Below are positions 36,403 through 49,416 of a stretch of DNA of 64,000 nt, one piece after another (positions within the stretch are counted from its first letter, which is position 1; each line of letters starts with the position of its first letter). The notes below the pieces were generated by a model. The model saw nothing but the letters and a program-made list of their open reading frames with translations. It did no database searches and had not been told where the DNA came from. Location: NCBI GenBank assembly GCA_030704615.1, contig CM060732.1, forward strand, positions 71,176,001 to 71,240,000, given 5' to 3'. The DNA comes from Takakia lepidozioides (taxonomy: Eukaryota; Plantae; Bryophyta). Position numbers and translations under genes: made by a program.

Positions 36403-39400
36403 ATGTCTACGGACGTGGTGAGTGTGGATGAGTATGAAGTTTTGGCCAAGCGGAAGTTGCCAAAGATGGCATTTGATTACTTCGCATCTGGCGCAGAAGA
36501 CCAATGGACTTTGAAAGAGAATCGGGGTGCATTCAGCCGCATCAGGTATTTTCCTGCGTTGATTGATGCCCACTGCTCTTGCACTAGTACATTGGCAGAT
36601 GAAGAAGAGATGCTCCTTAGAGTGGCCTCGACCCATGGTCGAGTGCAGATGAACAAATTGAGAGAAGTCACAAGTATAATGGTTGGCCATACACAGGAGT
36701 CCGAATGTTGCTGGATACAACCCGTCCTCCTTTTTGGTTGCCGGTGTGAATGTACTGCCATAGCTTTACATCCGAGTCTGCCCCATATGTAATTGAGCTT
36801 TTCTTTAGCCGTCTCAAACAGAATTGTGACGTGAACAACAAGTGGAGACACTGTGGAGACATTGGAGTCAATCGTCAATACCACCCTGTTGTTTTAAAAG
36901 AAAATCTCCACAGCCCAGTTGTCTTCCATTCAATGTCCAGGGGAATATAGCACATGCGTTTGTTGGGTTCCTGTCACTGAAGTGCTTTGCCTTGCCCCAA
37001 AGCTGTGGTCAGGGAACTATTCATTCGACCGGTTGCTTCTTAATTTGCACTTGTCCCATTTTCGGCACAAGGAGACACCTCAATATCGAGGTCTCAAGAT
37101 CTAGCATGTAGTAGATGACCCAGCAAGTATGTGATAGAGTAGCTGTCAAACTATTCTAATATTCCTGCTTAGTATAACATTTGAATTGCTGTGCTCATGG
37201 CAGGCTTAGGCCTCGAATTCTGGTAGATGTGAGCAACATTGACCTCTCCACGAATATTCTGGGGTTCAAAATAGCTATGCCCATCATGGTTGCTCCCACT
37301 GCACTGCACAAACTGGCGCATCCAGATGGTATCTTGGTTTTCCCTGAGACAAAACTTGGCACATTTGCACATCTTGCTGGATGTTTGGATATACATAATA
37401 GCTAGATCTATACTGGGGTGTCTATGGTTTTGCTTACAACTTTGAGGGGCACATGGCAGGTGAGTCCGCCACAGCAAGGGCGGCATCGGCAGCTGATACC
37501 ATTATGGTGTGTCTCCCATCTTGGAAAGTAGATATAGGCCATTCATATGCTCTTGTATCTACTGATTACATTGCACAAGGATTTTTCCTTTGGATAAGCA
37601 GTGGAATGTGCTTTACATCGAAGGCCAGCAGAATTGAACAAGTATGAGGACTGACCATGTATGTTGGATGTCTGGAGTTGTTGGCTTCATGTCCAATGCT
37701 ATGGAGCATTCTTGCTCTACTGATTTTGAACTGCGCACCAGGGCCACACCGTCTTGAATCTGCCAAGGATCTTCTTTCCATTTTGGCAAGCTCAAAGCAT
37801 CGGTTTTCTATAGCTCACTTTTGAAAGTGTATTTGTTTCAATTAACCAGCCCATTGATCCTTAGAGCTCTCAAGGAGTAGCATACATGGCCTTTATCCAC
37901 TTTTGTGTGCAGATCCTTCCATTACGTGGTGTGAGAAAAACAATACATGACCTTCTGACAGTCATGTTGCAATTGAAGTAGCAAGATGATAGGTCTGACA
38001 GGTCAACGATTACTTCAACATGTGATGGTGATGGTGCTGCAGATACTGTCATCTAGTTCCAGTTGCAGCATGGAAGAAGTTGCGCAGAATTGTCCAGGTG
38101 TTCGTTTCTTCCAGCTTTATGTAAGTAGCAAATTGTAAGTAGAAGCAATTTGCAAACCTAGAGAATGTTAGGTGGAGCTTCACACAGATAAAATTCTGTG
38201 GCCCTGGCACTGTGGCCACTCCTTAGTTCAATTCATATATATACATGATGATGGAAGCTACACTCTGTGTTCCATCCATCCTTAACAAGGGTTGGCTTCA
38301 GAGTCATGAGGGGGGGACTTGCGCAACACAATTGCAACTAGTCACTTTGTGGTCCATATTGGCTCCTCTGCATCTTGGTCCTATCTTCCTGGTTTTGGAT
38401 ATTGAACACCAGTATTATGTTTGTTTTCTTGCTTCAAGACTGATCCTGGGTCTAGTCCCGTCCCCTCGCGCACTCTACATACAATCAATATTCGCGAACT
38501 GGGATCTTTACTGTATCCACGAGGGGCACAAGGCCACAAGGGACACTAGTAGAGCAAAGAAAAAGAAAGAAAGAAAGGAGGACCTAAATATGTTAGTCTG
38601 TGGGGGGCTAAAGGGGAGAGAGAGACACAAAGAAGAAGGAAAATTACTTTGTCCATTGGAGACCTGATGGGACATGGTAGAAACACAGTAGAACCTCTGC
38701 AACCAAAAATCAAACCCCATATGTTGCACAAAGGTAAGAGAAAGAAGGAAAGAAATTTGTTTCATCGACAGGAGGCCCAGAGGAACCATAGGTCACAGAA
38801 CAAAATAGAGCCATAGTAGAACCAGTTTGGAGAGGAGAAAACTGAATCTAGCAAATTGGAGTTATAGGTCTACAAGGACAGGGATGTGACTACACAGTTG
38901 GTGCGGCGGGCAGAGCATGCAGGCTACCATGCAATTGTGCTCACTGTTGACACACCACGACTTGGCCGCAGAGAGGCTGACATTAAGAACAGGTATGCTT
39001 CTCTCCAGCATGTAGTCAGCCCTGTCGATTTTACTTGCAGGTTGAATGCACCACTGGTAGAAGTCACCAGATTTGTGGATACCGTTCAACAGAATTCGCT
39101 TTGGTGTTCAGTAGCTTGTTTCCCTATGACGTTTTAAGTATGTTGCAGGTTCAACTTGCCACCTCACATAGTCTACAAGAACATGGAGGGACTCATGGAC
39201 CTTGGAAAAATGGACAAGGTACGCCTGGCCACCATCAGATCCAAATACTCATCATGTCTCTTAATTGCCCTATACAAATAGACTTTGTGAACCTGTCCAT
39301 ATTGATAATGCATCTATCTACTGACAGCTTGGTGGCCTTACAGACTAGTGATTCAATGCTTGCTGCATGGGCAGACAGCCATTTTGACAGATCCCTCAGC

Positions 39401-42400
39401 TGGAAGGTACCCTCAGTTCTATTGCTTGTGCACTTGTGGGAGAGACACACAGAGAGACCTGAGGGGATGATGTGGAATGTGTGATCTCTCTTCTGAACCT
39501 CTCAGGCAAGAAAGGATATATGTGCCCGACAAGTGGCAGTTTTTGAATGGTGCATCAAGCTTCTAGGCTGGACCTAGTTGCTTTAGGTACTTTCAGCACA
39601 CACTTGCATGCTCTAATCATACAGGATTTGATGTGGCCTGCCTGTGGAACATAGTGGTCTCATTGCCACATTTGCCAGTCAGTCTGGGGATAGAAAGCTT
39701 TCAGTTGATACCATACCAGAAATTAAGGCGGTGCCTTTTGCATGGAATCACAGGATGTGAAATGGCTGCAATCAATGACAAGGCTTCCTGTTATTCTCAA
39801 GGGCATTTTGACTGCTGAGGATGGTGAGGGTCTGCCTATCCTAATATTGAATGTCCCGTATAGTACGGTCCATACAACAGACAGCGGATGAGTATTCTGT
39901 TTTTTCAATGATTTCAAGATTGGTTCTGGTTAAGGCATGCTAGGCCTTGTAATGGTGGTCATTTGAAATTTTCGATAGAGCGGAATAGGAATGTGCATGT
40001 AAGATAGTGACGCCATTTTGTCACATAGATGCCCTGGACTTTTCGGTCATATAGGTTTCATTGTTTAGCTATTTTGGGTGCATTTTTGGGAATGAGCATT
40101 GGAGTCTCGTTCTTGATTGCGATTGAAATGAGAAACTTGTGCATGAGTGCAGCGACGCTAGCATTGCAGGCTGGAGTTGCAGGCATCATGGTGTCCAATC
40201 ATGGGGCTCGCCAACTTGACTATGTTTCTGCCACAATTTCTGTTCTTGATGAGGTGTTGTCACCCCACATTCTCTCCTTTTAAATAGAGGATTGTTGTTC
40301 TTCTATCATGTGCTTCCCAGCTTTCCACATCTGCTGATTACTCTCAACTTTGTACACCTGTCTGTTGTGCTATCTTTCTCTCATATATTCTCCTCCATAT
40401 AATAGGAATTTGGGAATTTGGGCCTGCCATGTATGACCTCCTTTCTTTCTCTCCACAAAGCTACAGAGAAGTCGAAATCGCGGCACCTGGTGTCCTAGTT
40501 TCCTGGTGGGGGAAAAATTTGGAACCACTGCAATCATCTTTCCTCTGAGGAAAGCTTGGGGCTAGAGGTACAACACCATCACAAATTCTCTCTGTGGAAT
40601 TTGCATGCGTACCGCTTCTAACTGAGGCGTGCTAACAAGGTTACAAGCCCTCCACCCAAAAACTGACTGCCTGGGCCCTCACAACAACCAGCAGGTGGTC
40701 TCAAGACCTCCTGGTATGCTCAGGTGTCCAACTTTTTTAAGCGCAATGGACGTTGCTCCCTACTGCCACAAAATACGGAGGGGTTGGAAATTGCGTCCAC
40801 ACAGGACCGCAATAGATGCATCGGATGAGAACTAATGGAATTTCACGTCAGGCAGTCGTGGAAACCAGCCAATTTTACAGCAAAACTGCAGTTGTATCAG
40901 GAGACATTCTTGGTCCTCCATGACGATAGAATTACCTCAAATTACCTGTCTGCACTCTATCTCCCTCTCTTCTAAGGGCATTGGGGAGTTGAGGGTGGGC
41001 TCCCACAGTCTGTGGATAGACACTGGTAGGTGGGACAACCTGCAACATGAAGACTGCCTGTGCCCCGCTTGCGCAGGGAACAACAGGGATCTCAAAAGTA
41101 ACTGTCCTTTCTACTATGAGATCTGTGGGAGATTCAATTGTGTATTCTGTGATACCCAATCTGTCATGGAGGTCTTCAGAAATGCTGGGCAGCTTAACTG
41201 CATGAGGCTTTGACTCTCAGACAATCCACGACAATCCGCGGATGTTATAAAATACCATTTCATATCCTTTCATTTCTCTCTACCAACTTTCATCTATTTC
41301 TTTCTCTTGACCAACTCTGAAAATCTCGAGGTTGAGCCAAAAGCCCAGGCCCTTTTGGGGTCTATTTATTGGGCAAATCACACTCAGCAGATTGATGTTT
41401 GTGTGAAGGGATTTCTAGAGGGTATCTGGAAAACTCAGATCAATTGTCTGTTCAAGGTAAGTCATACTACCGGTGTCAGCCCCTGACAAAGGTAGTTTCT
41501 GTCCCTTTGTGTTCTGCTCAAACTGGGCGCGGGATCAATGGCCACAAGGCTATGGCAAATGATGTCTTATGAGTACATTCTCTCTCTCTACCTTTGAGCA
41601 ATAACCAGATGCAGAGAGGAAGAGGAGATTGTAATTGCCTGATGTGAAGACAACATCCATTTTCTGATACATTGTCCAGGATAGTCTCACCAGAGAGTGA
41701 TCCTCTTCAGGACCATCAAGAACATTGTCCCCGCACCTTTGTTCACCAACTTTGAAAACTTTGAGGCTGAGCGCCCTAAATGCTGGGCAGCTCACACACA
41801 GCAGATTGATGCTTGTGGGAAGGGATTTCCAGAGGAAATCTGGAAAGCCCGAACCAATAAGGTAAGTCCCACTACTGGAGTGACTCCCTCACAAGGTAGT
41901 GTCTGGTCCCTCTTGCTCTGCCCAAACTGGGCACGGGGTCTATGGCCACAAGGCTACGCCAAACAACATCTCATGAGTACATTCTCTCTCTGGCCGAGGC
42001 CTTTAGCTTTGACAATCAGAACTGTCTGGCAGCCTACCTGCGTTAGGCACTTTGTTTTCCGGCGACCCTGTTTGTAAATTGAGGTGCTGCTCTTCACTGG
42101 AGCTTGGTGATGGCAGTAGTTGTGTTGACCTGTGATCCAGATAGCCAAGTAGTTGGGCAAGCAGGTGCAGTGTAGATGGTCCTGGATGCTGGAGGTCGTG
42201 TGACATAATGTGGTCGCATGGAGATTCACTGCCCTCCTCCTCATAGCTAAGTTCCACCCTGATAAATCTGAAAAAGGAAGGTGCAAGATGTAACGAGTAT
42301 AATCTAGTGCCTCATTGATGACTAGGCAAGGCCCTGTACTTATGCTAACTCCCAATAAAACAAACTGCCCTGTTGGCCTTAGGAATTCACCATAGATATG

Positions 42401-42823
42401 GAACTGCAGGTAGTAAAGGCTGCTGCAGGGAGGGTTCCTGTGTTCCTGGATGGCGGGATCCGTCGTGGCACTGATGTGTTCAAGGCTCTGGCGCTCGGTG
42501 CATCAGGTGTTTTTGTAAGTACTGTCATTATATCAGATTTTGCATCTATGAGTTCTAAACGTTTGGATTTTGACCTTCTAGTTTTTCTGGGGACCATTCA
42601 GTTTGCTTTTTGATTTTAGAGCTTTTTGGAGCAGGTGGGAAGACCTGCAGTGTTTGGGCTTGCGGTGGATGGAGAGATGGGGGTGAAAAAGGTGCTACAA
42701 TTGTTAAAAGATGAACTGGAGCTAGCTATGGCACTGTCAGGTTGTCGGTCCCTCGGGGAAATAGCTCGTTGTCATGTACAAACAGACGATGAGCAACGCA
42801 AGGGCATTCTCTCCAAGCTGTGA
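36403..42823 (+). CDS. GOX: Peroxisomal (S)-2-hydroxy-acid oxidase (glycolate oxidase/HAOX family), 11 exons
   Basis: GT-AG exons 36403-36545, 37204-37328, 37460-37506, 38043-38120, 38868-38992, 39149-39218, 39344-39406, 39754-39823, 40153-40253, 42410-42514, 42635-42823. Motifs [48 protein letters not shown] and C-terminal PTS1 SKL. Confidence 0.96.
40620..41220 (+). mobile_element. Decayed LINE 3' end in GOX intron 9
   Basis: [26 protein letters not shown], a typical LINE C-terminal zinc-finger region. Confidence 0.65.
41310..41990 (+). mobile_element. Two head-to-tail 5'-truncated copies of the CT-tailed LINE (41310-41589 and 41590-41990) in GOX intron 9
   Basis: Both end in ..ATGAGTACATTCTCTCTCT and are homologous to 43335-44233 and to the reverse complement of 14961-16100. 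Confidence 0.85.
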
Positions 42824-43029
42824 TACTACCCAACATTAGGAAGCTTAGTAGCCATTCCTGGACTTCCCATTGCAGTATATTTCTATCGCTTGAGCAATAG
42901 TTGCTTTTGGGCTGCTTGTGGAGGGCCCCTGTCTCTTTCTTGGTTCTGCTTTCTCTTGTCCCTTAAGCTCTTTGAGCTTTCTGTGGACGTTTCAAATCAT
43001 TACATTTCATTTCTTTCTAGAGCATGACA

Positions 43030-43290
43030 CACTCAGGCTATCACTCCCTTGGAGAAATTGCTTGTTGTCAGGTACAATACAACAGACAATGAGCAACTCA
43101 AGGGCATCATCTTAAAGCTGTGATGCCAGCCAAGTTAGGAAGAGAATAAACCACCCTCCACTTCTCATTGCAGTCCACATACGCGCTCTCACTCTCCTAT
43201 GGACGAGTATTTTTGTTCCTTTGAGGGTCCTGTTGTCTTTCTTGTTTGTGTTGATGTTGTACTTCTGTCCCTTGGGCAGTTTCAGCTAAT
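43030..43290 (+). repeat. Diverged tandem duplicate of the GOX last-exon end and 3' UTR
   Basis: 43050-43140 (GAAATTGCTTGTTGTCAGGTACAA..GAGCAACTCAAGGGCAT..AAGCTGTGAT) mirrors 42755-42840. Confidence 0.8.
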
Positions 43291-43334
43291 TTTGTCTCTT
43301 CTCTATAGCTGTCTCTGTCTCTGTGTCTCTCTGT

Positions 43335-44233
43335 TTCCACTGCAGAGGAATCAACTCTGAAGTAAAAAATCCCATGCTTTGCCGCGTTATTAGGCCTGCC
43401 TTTCTTGCTCCAAAACAGCTAATGGGGCTGTTCGGGGTGAGTTTGGCATCCCTCCCTTCAGCTCCCCACGAGATGAATTCAAGGTCAGATGGTGGGGTCA
43501 GCTGCAACGTATGACTAATATCAGATATCCTAAGTTAATCGACTCTATATCTTGGAAGCAGGATCGCCCTGTCAAACCGGCTGAAGTCCTGGCCGGAGTG
43601 GGTAGAAGAGGTTCTTAAGGATCTGTATCTTAGTCCGCAAGGCTTGACCCTGCCGGAAATATCTGACTTAGAGGCTGTAGTGTCCAAAGCCATGTCTGTT
43701 GCCAGGAAATTCTCTGATGAAAATGAAATTAATCAGAAAACTTCCCTGAACTTGTTTCCAGTCTGTGACGTGGGGGAGGCCATCATGCATGACCTCAAGG
43801 GTTTACCCACTCTCGGCACTAGACTGAAATTTAAACTCGCTAGGAAGCCTACCTTTGAACAGCAAACAGATGCAGAGAGGAAAGGGGGACAATGTTCATT
43901 TTCTGATTCATTGTCCTGGGTACTCGCCCGAGGGACGCCCTCTTCAAATCCATCACGGGATTTGTGCCTGTACCTCTGTTTACCAACTTTGAAAATCTCG
44001 AGGCTGAGCCAAAAGTCCAGGCCCTTTGGGGCCTAGTTAGGGGGCAAATCACACACAGCAGAATGATGCTTGTGTGAAGGGATTTCTAGAGGGTATCTGG
44101 AAAATTCGGATCGATTGTCTGTTCCAAGGTAAGTCATGACAAGGGTAGTTTCTGTCCCTTTGTGTTCCGCTCAAACTGGGCGTGGGGTCAATGGCCACAA
44201 GGCAAACAACGTCTTATGAGTACATTCTCTCTT
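43335..44233 (+). mobile_element. 5'-truncated CT-tailed LINE copy
   Basis: Translations match 15921-16700 (SDLEAVVSKAMSVARK..LKGLPTL.TRLKFKL). Tail GAGTACATTCTCTCT. Approximate TSD CTCT(T)GTTTCCA on both sides. Confidence 0.88.
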
Positions 44234-44694
44234 TGTTTCCATCAGGCAACTCTGGGATCAAGCCAAGCTAGATGTAGCGGATGCACAGGTGTCTTATATG
44301 CACATTACAATGTCTCAAAAATGGAGTGTGAGTACAGATACAATCCCACAAAGAAAAAACTGTAACTGCTAGAAAAACTTGGGTATCTGTTGTAGGATTA
44401 GGGTGGGATTCGCAGATGCAAGCTCAATTCTGAATTGTCATTGCATTGCTTCACAGGACAAAGTGGGACAGGCTCTTGCTCTCAATGACTACAATCCACA
44501 CCATTGAAAATCTCTGTCACTGAAGGTGCTATGTTCAGCAATCCTTTATATCCACACTAAGATGTCACCTTCAGAACAAGGGGTGAATCTTACTGTGGTT
44601 TCAATCAATCGAGTTTTTGGTGTATTTTGTACAAACGAATGTAGCCACATGACTAGAAGGAGCAATTTGCACAACGCTGAGAACTACAGGTGAC

Positions 44695-45880
44695 TCATGG
44701 CAGAGAGGGCGACCCTTTTGATGACCATCGAGAACATCGTCCCTGCACCTCTGTTCGCCAACTTCCAAAATCTCGTAGCTGAGCCTAACGCCCTGGGTCT
44801 TACTGCTGGGTAGATCACAATGCTTGTGCGAAGGGCGTCCTAGAGGAAATCTGGAAAGCCCTAACAAGTTATTACATGATCCCACTACTGGCTCGCAAGC
44901 TAGAGTCCGTTCACCCAAACTGGTTCCACGACCAGAAGACTACTGCGAACAACGTCTTTAACGTCTTAACCCTTAAACGACGACGCGACCTGATTCGGGT
45001 CGCATCGTTTGCAGGGGAGGGCGTATCTCCGTCGGATGATATCCGATAGAGACGCGGCCTGAACGAATTCTGTAGCCCATCCTGTCCTCTACACGCTGCA
45101 GCAAAAATTATTAGGGATTCAATAAATTCCCTGCATGCTAGAATTTAGGGCGTGGCAGGGTTTCGCCATTTTGTGTCAGGAGGTGGTCACGCCCGTTGAC
45201 CGGGCACGGAACCCCGGATTTGCACAGCTGGCAGGTCAAACCATTCTTTCCGGCACGTTCCCGGCACCAGAAGGCCTGCTTTGCCGTTGGCCGGAAAATC
45301 CACTCTTTTCCCTATCCATGTATGAACCTTCCTCCAAATCCCAAATTTTTTTGGCAGAGGCCTTTGCAGTGGAGTGCTTCATAGAGTGACGGTTGGAATT
45401 TCCTGGCAAGTCCCTATTTCAGGGCATTTGGAGGCCCTCAGCTGGCCAAAGCAACTTGGAATGAATTTTACCTCCCTGCTTCACATACAAAGCATCCCCC
45501 CCTCTAATTTTGGGGGTTCAGGCCCATCTTTGCAGGGAGTACTCCTTCACTGGCCCAAATTCAGAATCTGAAACCCATCCACTCAGGAATAATCTGGAAA
45601 ATGCCAATTTGGCATGGTCAAACCCATTTTTGTCACTTGGTTTTTTGCATTTTCACAATTTAGGCCTTTTTATTTTGTTATAATCTCCCAAATACAACGG
45701 TCAAAAGTCCTGTAATTTTTCCACTTCATTCATGATGTCAGTAGGGATGCACGTGTACGGTTCATCCACGTGGATATCAGTGGTTAGGTAGTTACAGCGA
45801 TTTTAGAGAGGGTATATACCTATTTTGTCAAAAAGTCCAAAAAGTTAGCTCGTCCTTTAGGGGTTAAGAGTACTCTCTTC
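44695..45880 (+). mobile_element. Diverged CT-tailed LINE 3' fragment split by the piggyBac MITE
   Basis: 44695-44965 is homologous to the family 3' end. The tail resumes after the MITE as GAGTACTCTCTT (45868-45879). Confidence 0.7.
44970..45863. mobile_element. Non-autonomous piggyBac (MITE), 894 bp
   Basis: TTAA duplications at 44966-44969 and 45864-45867. TIRs CCCTTAAACGACGAC vs reverse complement CCCCTAAAGGACGAG. Confidence 0.88.
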
Positions 45881-48800
45881 ACGCCGTAGACCTATATCCA
45901 GTATGCAGAAATTAAACTAGGTAGACCAAAACTACCCTAACCCTAAACCCTAAACTAGGTAATATTGAAAATTGGGAACATTATCAGGCTTCAACCAAAA
46001 AGAAATCCAGTGGAGTCCCGGTTATTGGTTCAAAAAGACCTCTTGTGTTTGAAGAGACCTGCTCGTGTGCGTTGGCCTAGATTTCCACAGCCCTCCAACT
46101 TTCGTTACTTGTTTAGGCGCCATTGTGCAGAGATTTTGGGTTGGGTAGATCGCAAGGAGGAAGGAGACCCCCTTGGATTCAGCGCAGGGGTCAACGACAT
46201 TTTGAGGCTCGAGGTTTGGCCTGACTTTCAGACGTCTTCTGCCAGCCACGAGGAGGCTCAAATAACTGGCTAGGGAGAGAGGTAATCGTATTGAACCCTC
46301 TTTTGATTTCATGAGTGAGGAGATGGGCAATTCGACCTACTTCTTGCGCAACTCTCAAAATCCGCTATGTGATCCTGCTGGTCACTCCCAAACTATGGAG
46401 GACATAGGGATTTTGGGATCCACAGTGAAGGTGGCAGTGGCTGAGCTGCACCTTCAGGATGTGGCATCGTCTAGCAATGCCCACGAATTTGGATATGGCA
46501 CTGTGGTAGACAAGACATGGGACATCCTGAATGGTACAAAAAATTATACTGTCTCTTTTTTTGGTGTCCTTGGTGTTCATGTGGTATCGTCACAGTCATG
46601 TGTTGTGTGTAATCTTGATGATTCAATGTTGTGCACTATCCCTGAGCTCTTGGGGTTGGATTCTGAAGCTGAATTGCCTGAGGGGGAAGTAGATGATAGT
46701 GAATCAGATTCTGATTGTGACTATAATCCAGAAGATGATGACCTTGTTGACATCGATAATCCTGATTTGATGGACTACTGTGTTGACACGGGGAATCCAA
46801 CGCGTGAGGTGGGATTATATGATTTGCCGCCCAATTGGGAGCAGTGGGGTCCTGCTGAGTTATTTGATGATGACATGTGGAACTTATCTGCTACTGAATT
46901 GCCAGACATTACATGGTTAGGTGGTGATTCGGGTCCTCGTTTGCCTTTTGGAGATTCAGCAAATCCAGTTGATTTTTTCAATTTGTTTTGGCCACTATCG
47001 GTCATGCGCCGAATTTGTAGCAGACCAACTTGTATGCCAGGACAGAAAACCAGAATGGAAACCTGAAAGGAGGTAGATGGTGGTACCCTATCACCATCCG
47101 TGAATTGAAGGCTTGGCTTGCTATTCACATGCTCATGGGAATCAAAAAATTGCCTAGTATTAGATTGTATTGGAAAGCCAACAATGCCTTCTTCAATTGC
47201 CCTTCCATCATGCGCATTATGTCCCGCAACCGATGGGAGGCAATTCTGAGGTGCCTCCACCTTGTTGACAACAAGGATGTATGCACTATTGACACTGACC
47301 CTGCTTTTGATAAGTTAGCTAAAACCAGGTGGTTGTTACATGCACTAAATGGTTTGTATGCCACCTACATGAGCCCCGAGCAGAATTTGACTGTGGATGA
47401 GCAAATGGTGAAGTACAAGGGCAAATATGCCCGAATCCAGCAATACCTAAGCAAGAAGCCTGTGCAGTGGGGTCTGAAGGTGTGGTGTTTGTGTGGTGCA
47501 TGTTCCAAATATGTTCAGAAGTTAGAGGTTTACCTTGGGAAGGATGATGGGAATGATATGACCCATGGCAGTGGATATGGCGTGGTGACAAGGTTACTAG
47601 AAGGATTTGAGGGTAAGGGCCATATTTGTAACGATGGATAATTTTTTCAGTAGCCCCATCATGTTCTATGATTTGGCAGCAAAACAGATCTATGCTACTA
47701 GCACGGTAAAAACCTCCCGAGTGGGTTTTCTTACGTGCCTTGATTTGGGGAAGAAGGGTGAGAGAGGTAGGCTGGAATATTGTGTTCACATAAGTGGCAA
47801 AGTAGCCGCTATTGCCTGGATGGATGCCAAGTTGGTGACCATGATTTCCACTGCCATTTCCCCTATCGGTCCTGATTGCTTCATACAAAGATGGCACAAA
47901 TGGGCAAGACGTGATGTGCCTACCTCCCCTATTGTGGTTCATTACCAGCAGCATATGCGGGGAGTGGATGTTCAGGATCAGCTACGGGGTTACTATTCTG
48001 TTCAGACCAGGGACCATAAATGGTGGCACCACTTGTACTTTCATGGAGTTGATACTTCTTTGGTGAATGCTTACATATTGTACCTGGGTTTTATGAGGGG
48101 AAATGGCCATATTCCTCTTAGCCACATGCTTTTCAATTTGGAGGTTGCAAAGGGACTAATTGTGGGGTGGGTTCCTCCTAGGAGAACAGTAATGCCAGGG
48201 GCAGATGTGCCCAACCCGGGGTCTGTGCATTTCTCCCTCAAGACTAGTAGGAGGAGGAAGTGTGTTCAGTGCGGTATGCGTCAAAGGTATTTTTGTCACG
48301 CATGTGGAGATGAGTATATGTGCCTTGGAGGATGCTTTGTCAAGAGCCATAGCCTTCTCTGATTATAGATACTTCTATGTTCAGTAATTGATATGGTTGA
48401 TTTCTTACTGCACTGATGTGGAGACCTTTGATGCCAAAGAGGGGGTATCCTCCTTACGACACTTTTTCTATGTAGTGGTGTTCTGTCTTTTTCTAAGCAG
48501 TGGTGTGTTTGGGGGTTGGTTTGTTGTTGGTAGCCATGAAACGTTTGTACTGAGGATCCAGCCGTAGAGAGTCGTTTGACAGTCCAAGGAGAGGTTGTGC
48601 AGTATTGGGGTTCACTGAGTCCTGATCTGAATGATTTGTTTGCTACTCCAGCTTTTTGCCTCAGAGTTCATGTAGCTCCGAGGTCTTTGTTGCAACAATT
48701 TTGTGTTTCAATTAGGACTGAGTTCATTTTCTTTGTGTCTAGTATAATTATGTGGTAGTCCCCCAGTCAAGCGGGGGTGCGCATAAGGGTGGAGACTCCT

Positions 48801-49416
48801 TCCCTCCCTGGGGAGGAGTCTCCCCCTTGTGTTCATGTGTGAGTTGCCAATTGGGGCAAGTTAGTGGGTTCAACTCCCACTCACACAATTCGGCGTGTAA
48901 ATGTGGGTTCATCTCTAGTTTTTTTGAGTCTGATTTGATGCTAGTGTTGGCCACATGTTGGTCTTTCTTTGTGTGAGCTGCCAGTTGGGGCAAGCCACTG
49001 GGTTCAATTCCCACTCACACATTTTGACCCCCCTTACTTTGACCATGTGTAAATCAGAAAATATGAATCCATTTTTTGCATTCTATGGCTCATCATAATG
49101 CCAATGTGCTGGATAACACCTGTAAGCAGGATGAGATCCTGCAGATTTCATCCCGTCAGTGAAAATTGCAAATTCCTCCAATTTCCCTTATTGTTTTGGG
49201 AGGGGCCCAAAAAATGGGCCCCACACTCAACGGTGGCGTTTCTCGGATTTTCGCCTGATTGGCCTGCAAATTTACCGGTGTCTAGAAGGGGTAGGTATGA
49301 GCATAATGTCTGGTCAATTTTCCCAAAAACTTTTTTTTCGCTGAGATATTCTCATTTTTCTGAGCTGGGGTCCACTTTTTTCAAAAAGTCAACATTGGGC
49401 ACTGGGCGCTTAAGGG
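45880..49416 (+). mobile_element. piggyBac DNA transposon (right end intact, left TIR not found)
   Basis: Contains the transposase. Ends CGCTTAAGGG|TTAA at 49416/49417-49420. Subterminal TTTTTCAAAAAGTC is shared with the MITE. Confidence 0.8.
46311..48362 (+). pseudogene. piggyBac transposase (DDE_Tnp_1_7), two frameshifts
   Basis: Overlapping ORFs: PVDFFNLFW; MSRNRWEAILRCLHL..FDKL..TVDEQMV..QY..KKPVQWGLK; TMDNFFSS..YQQHMRGVDVQDQ..KWW..VNAYI; C-terminal CxxC..CxxC..C. Confidence 0.92.
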
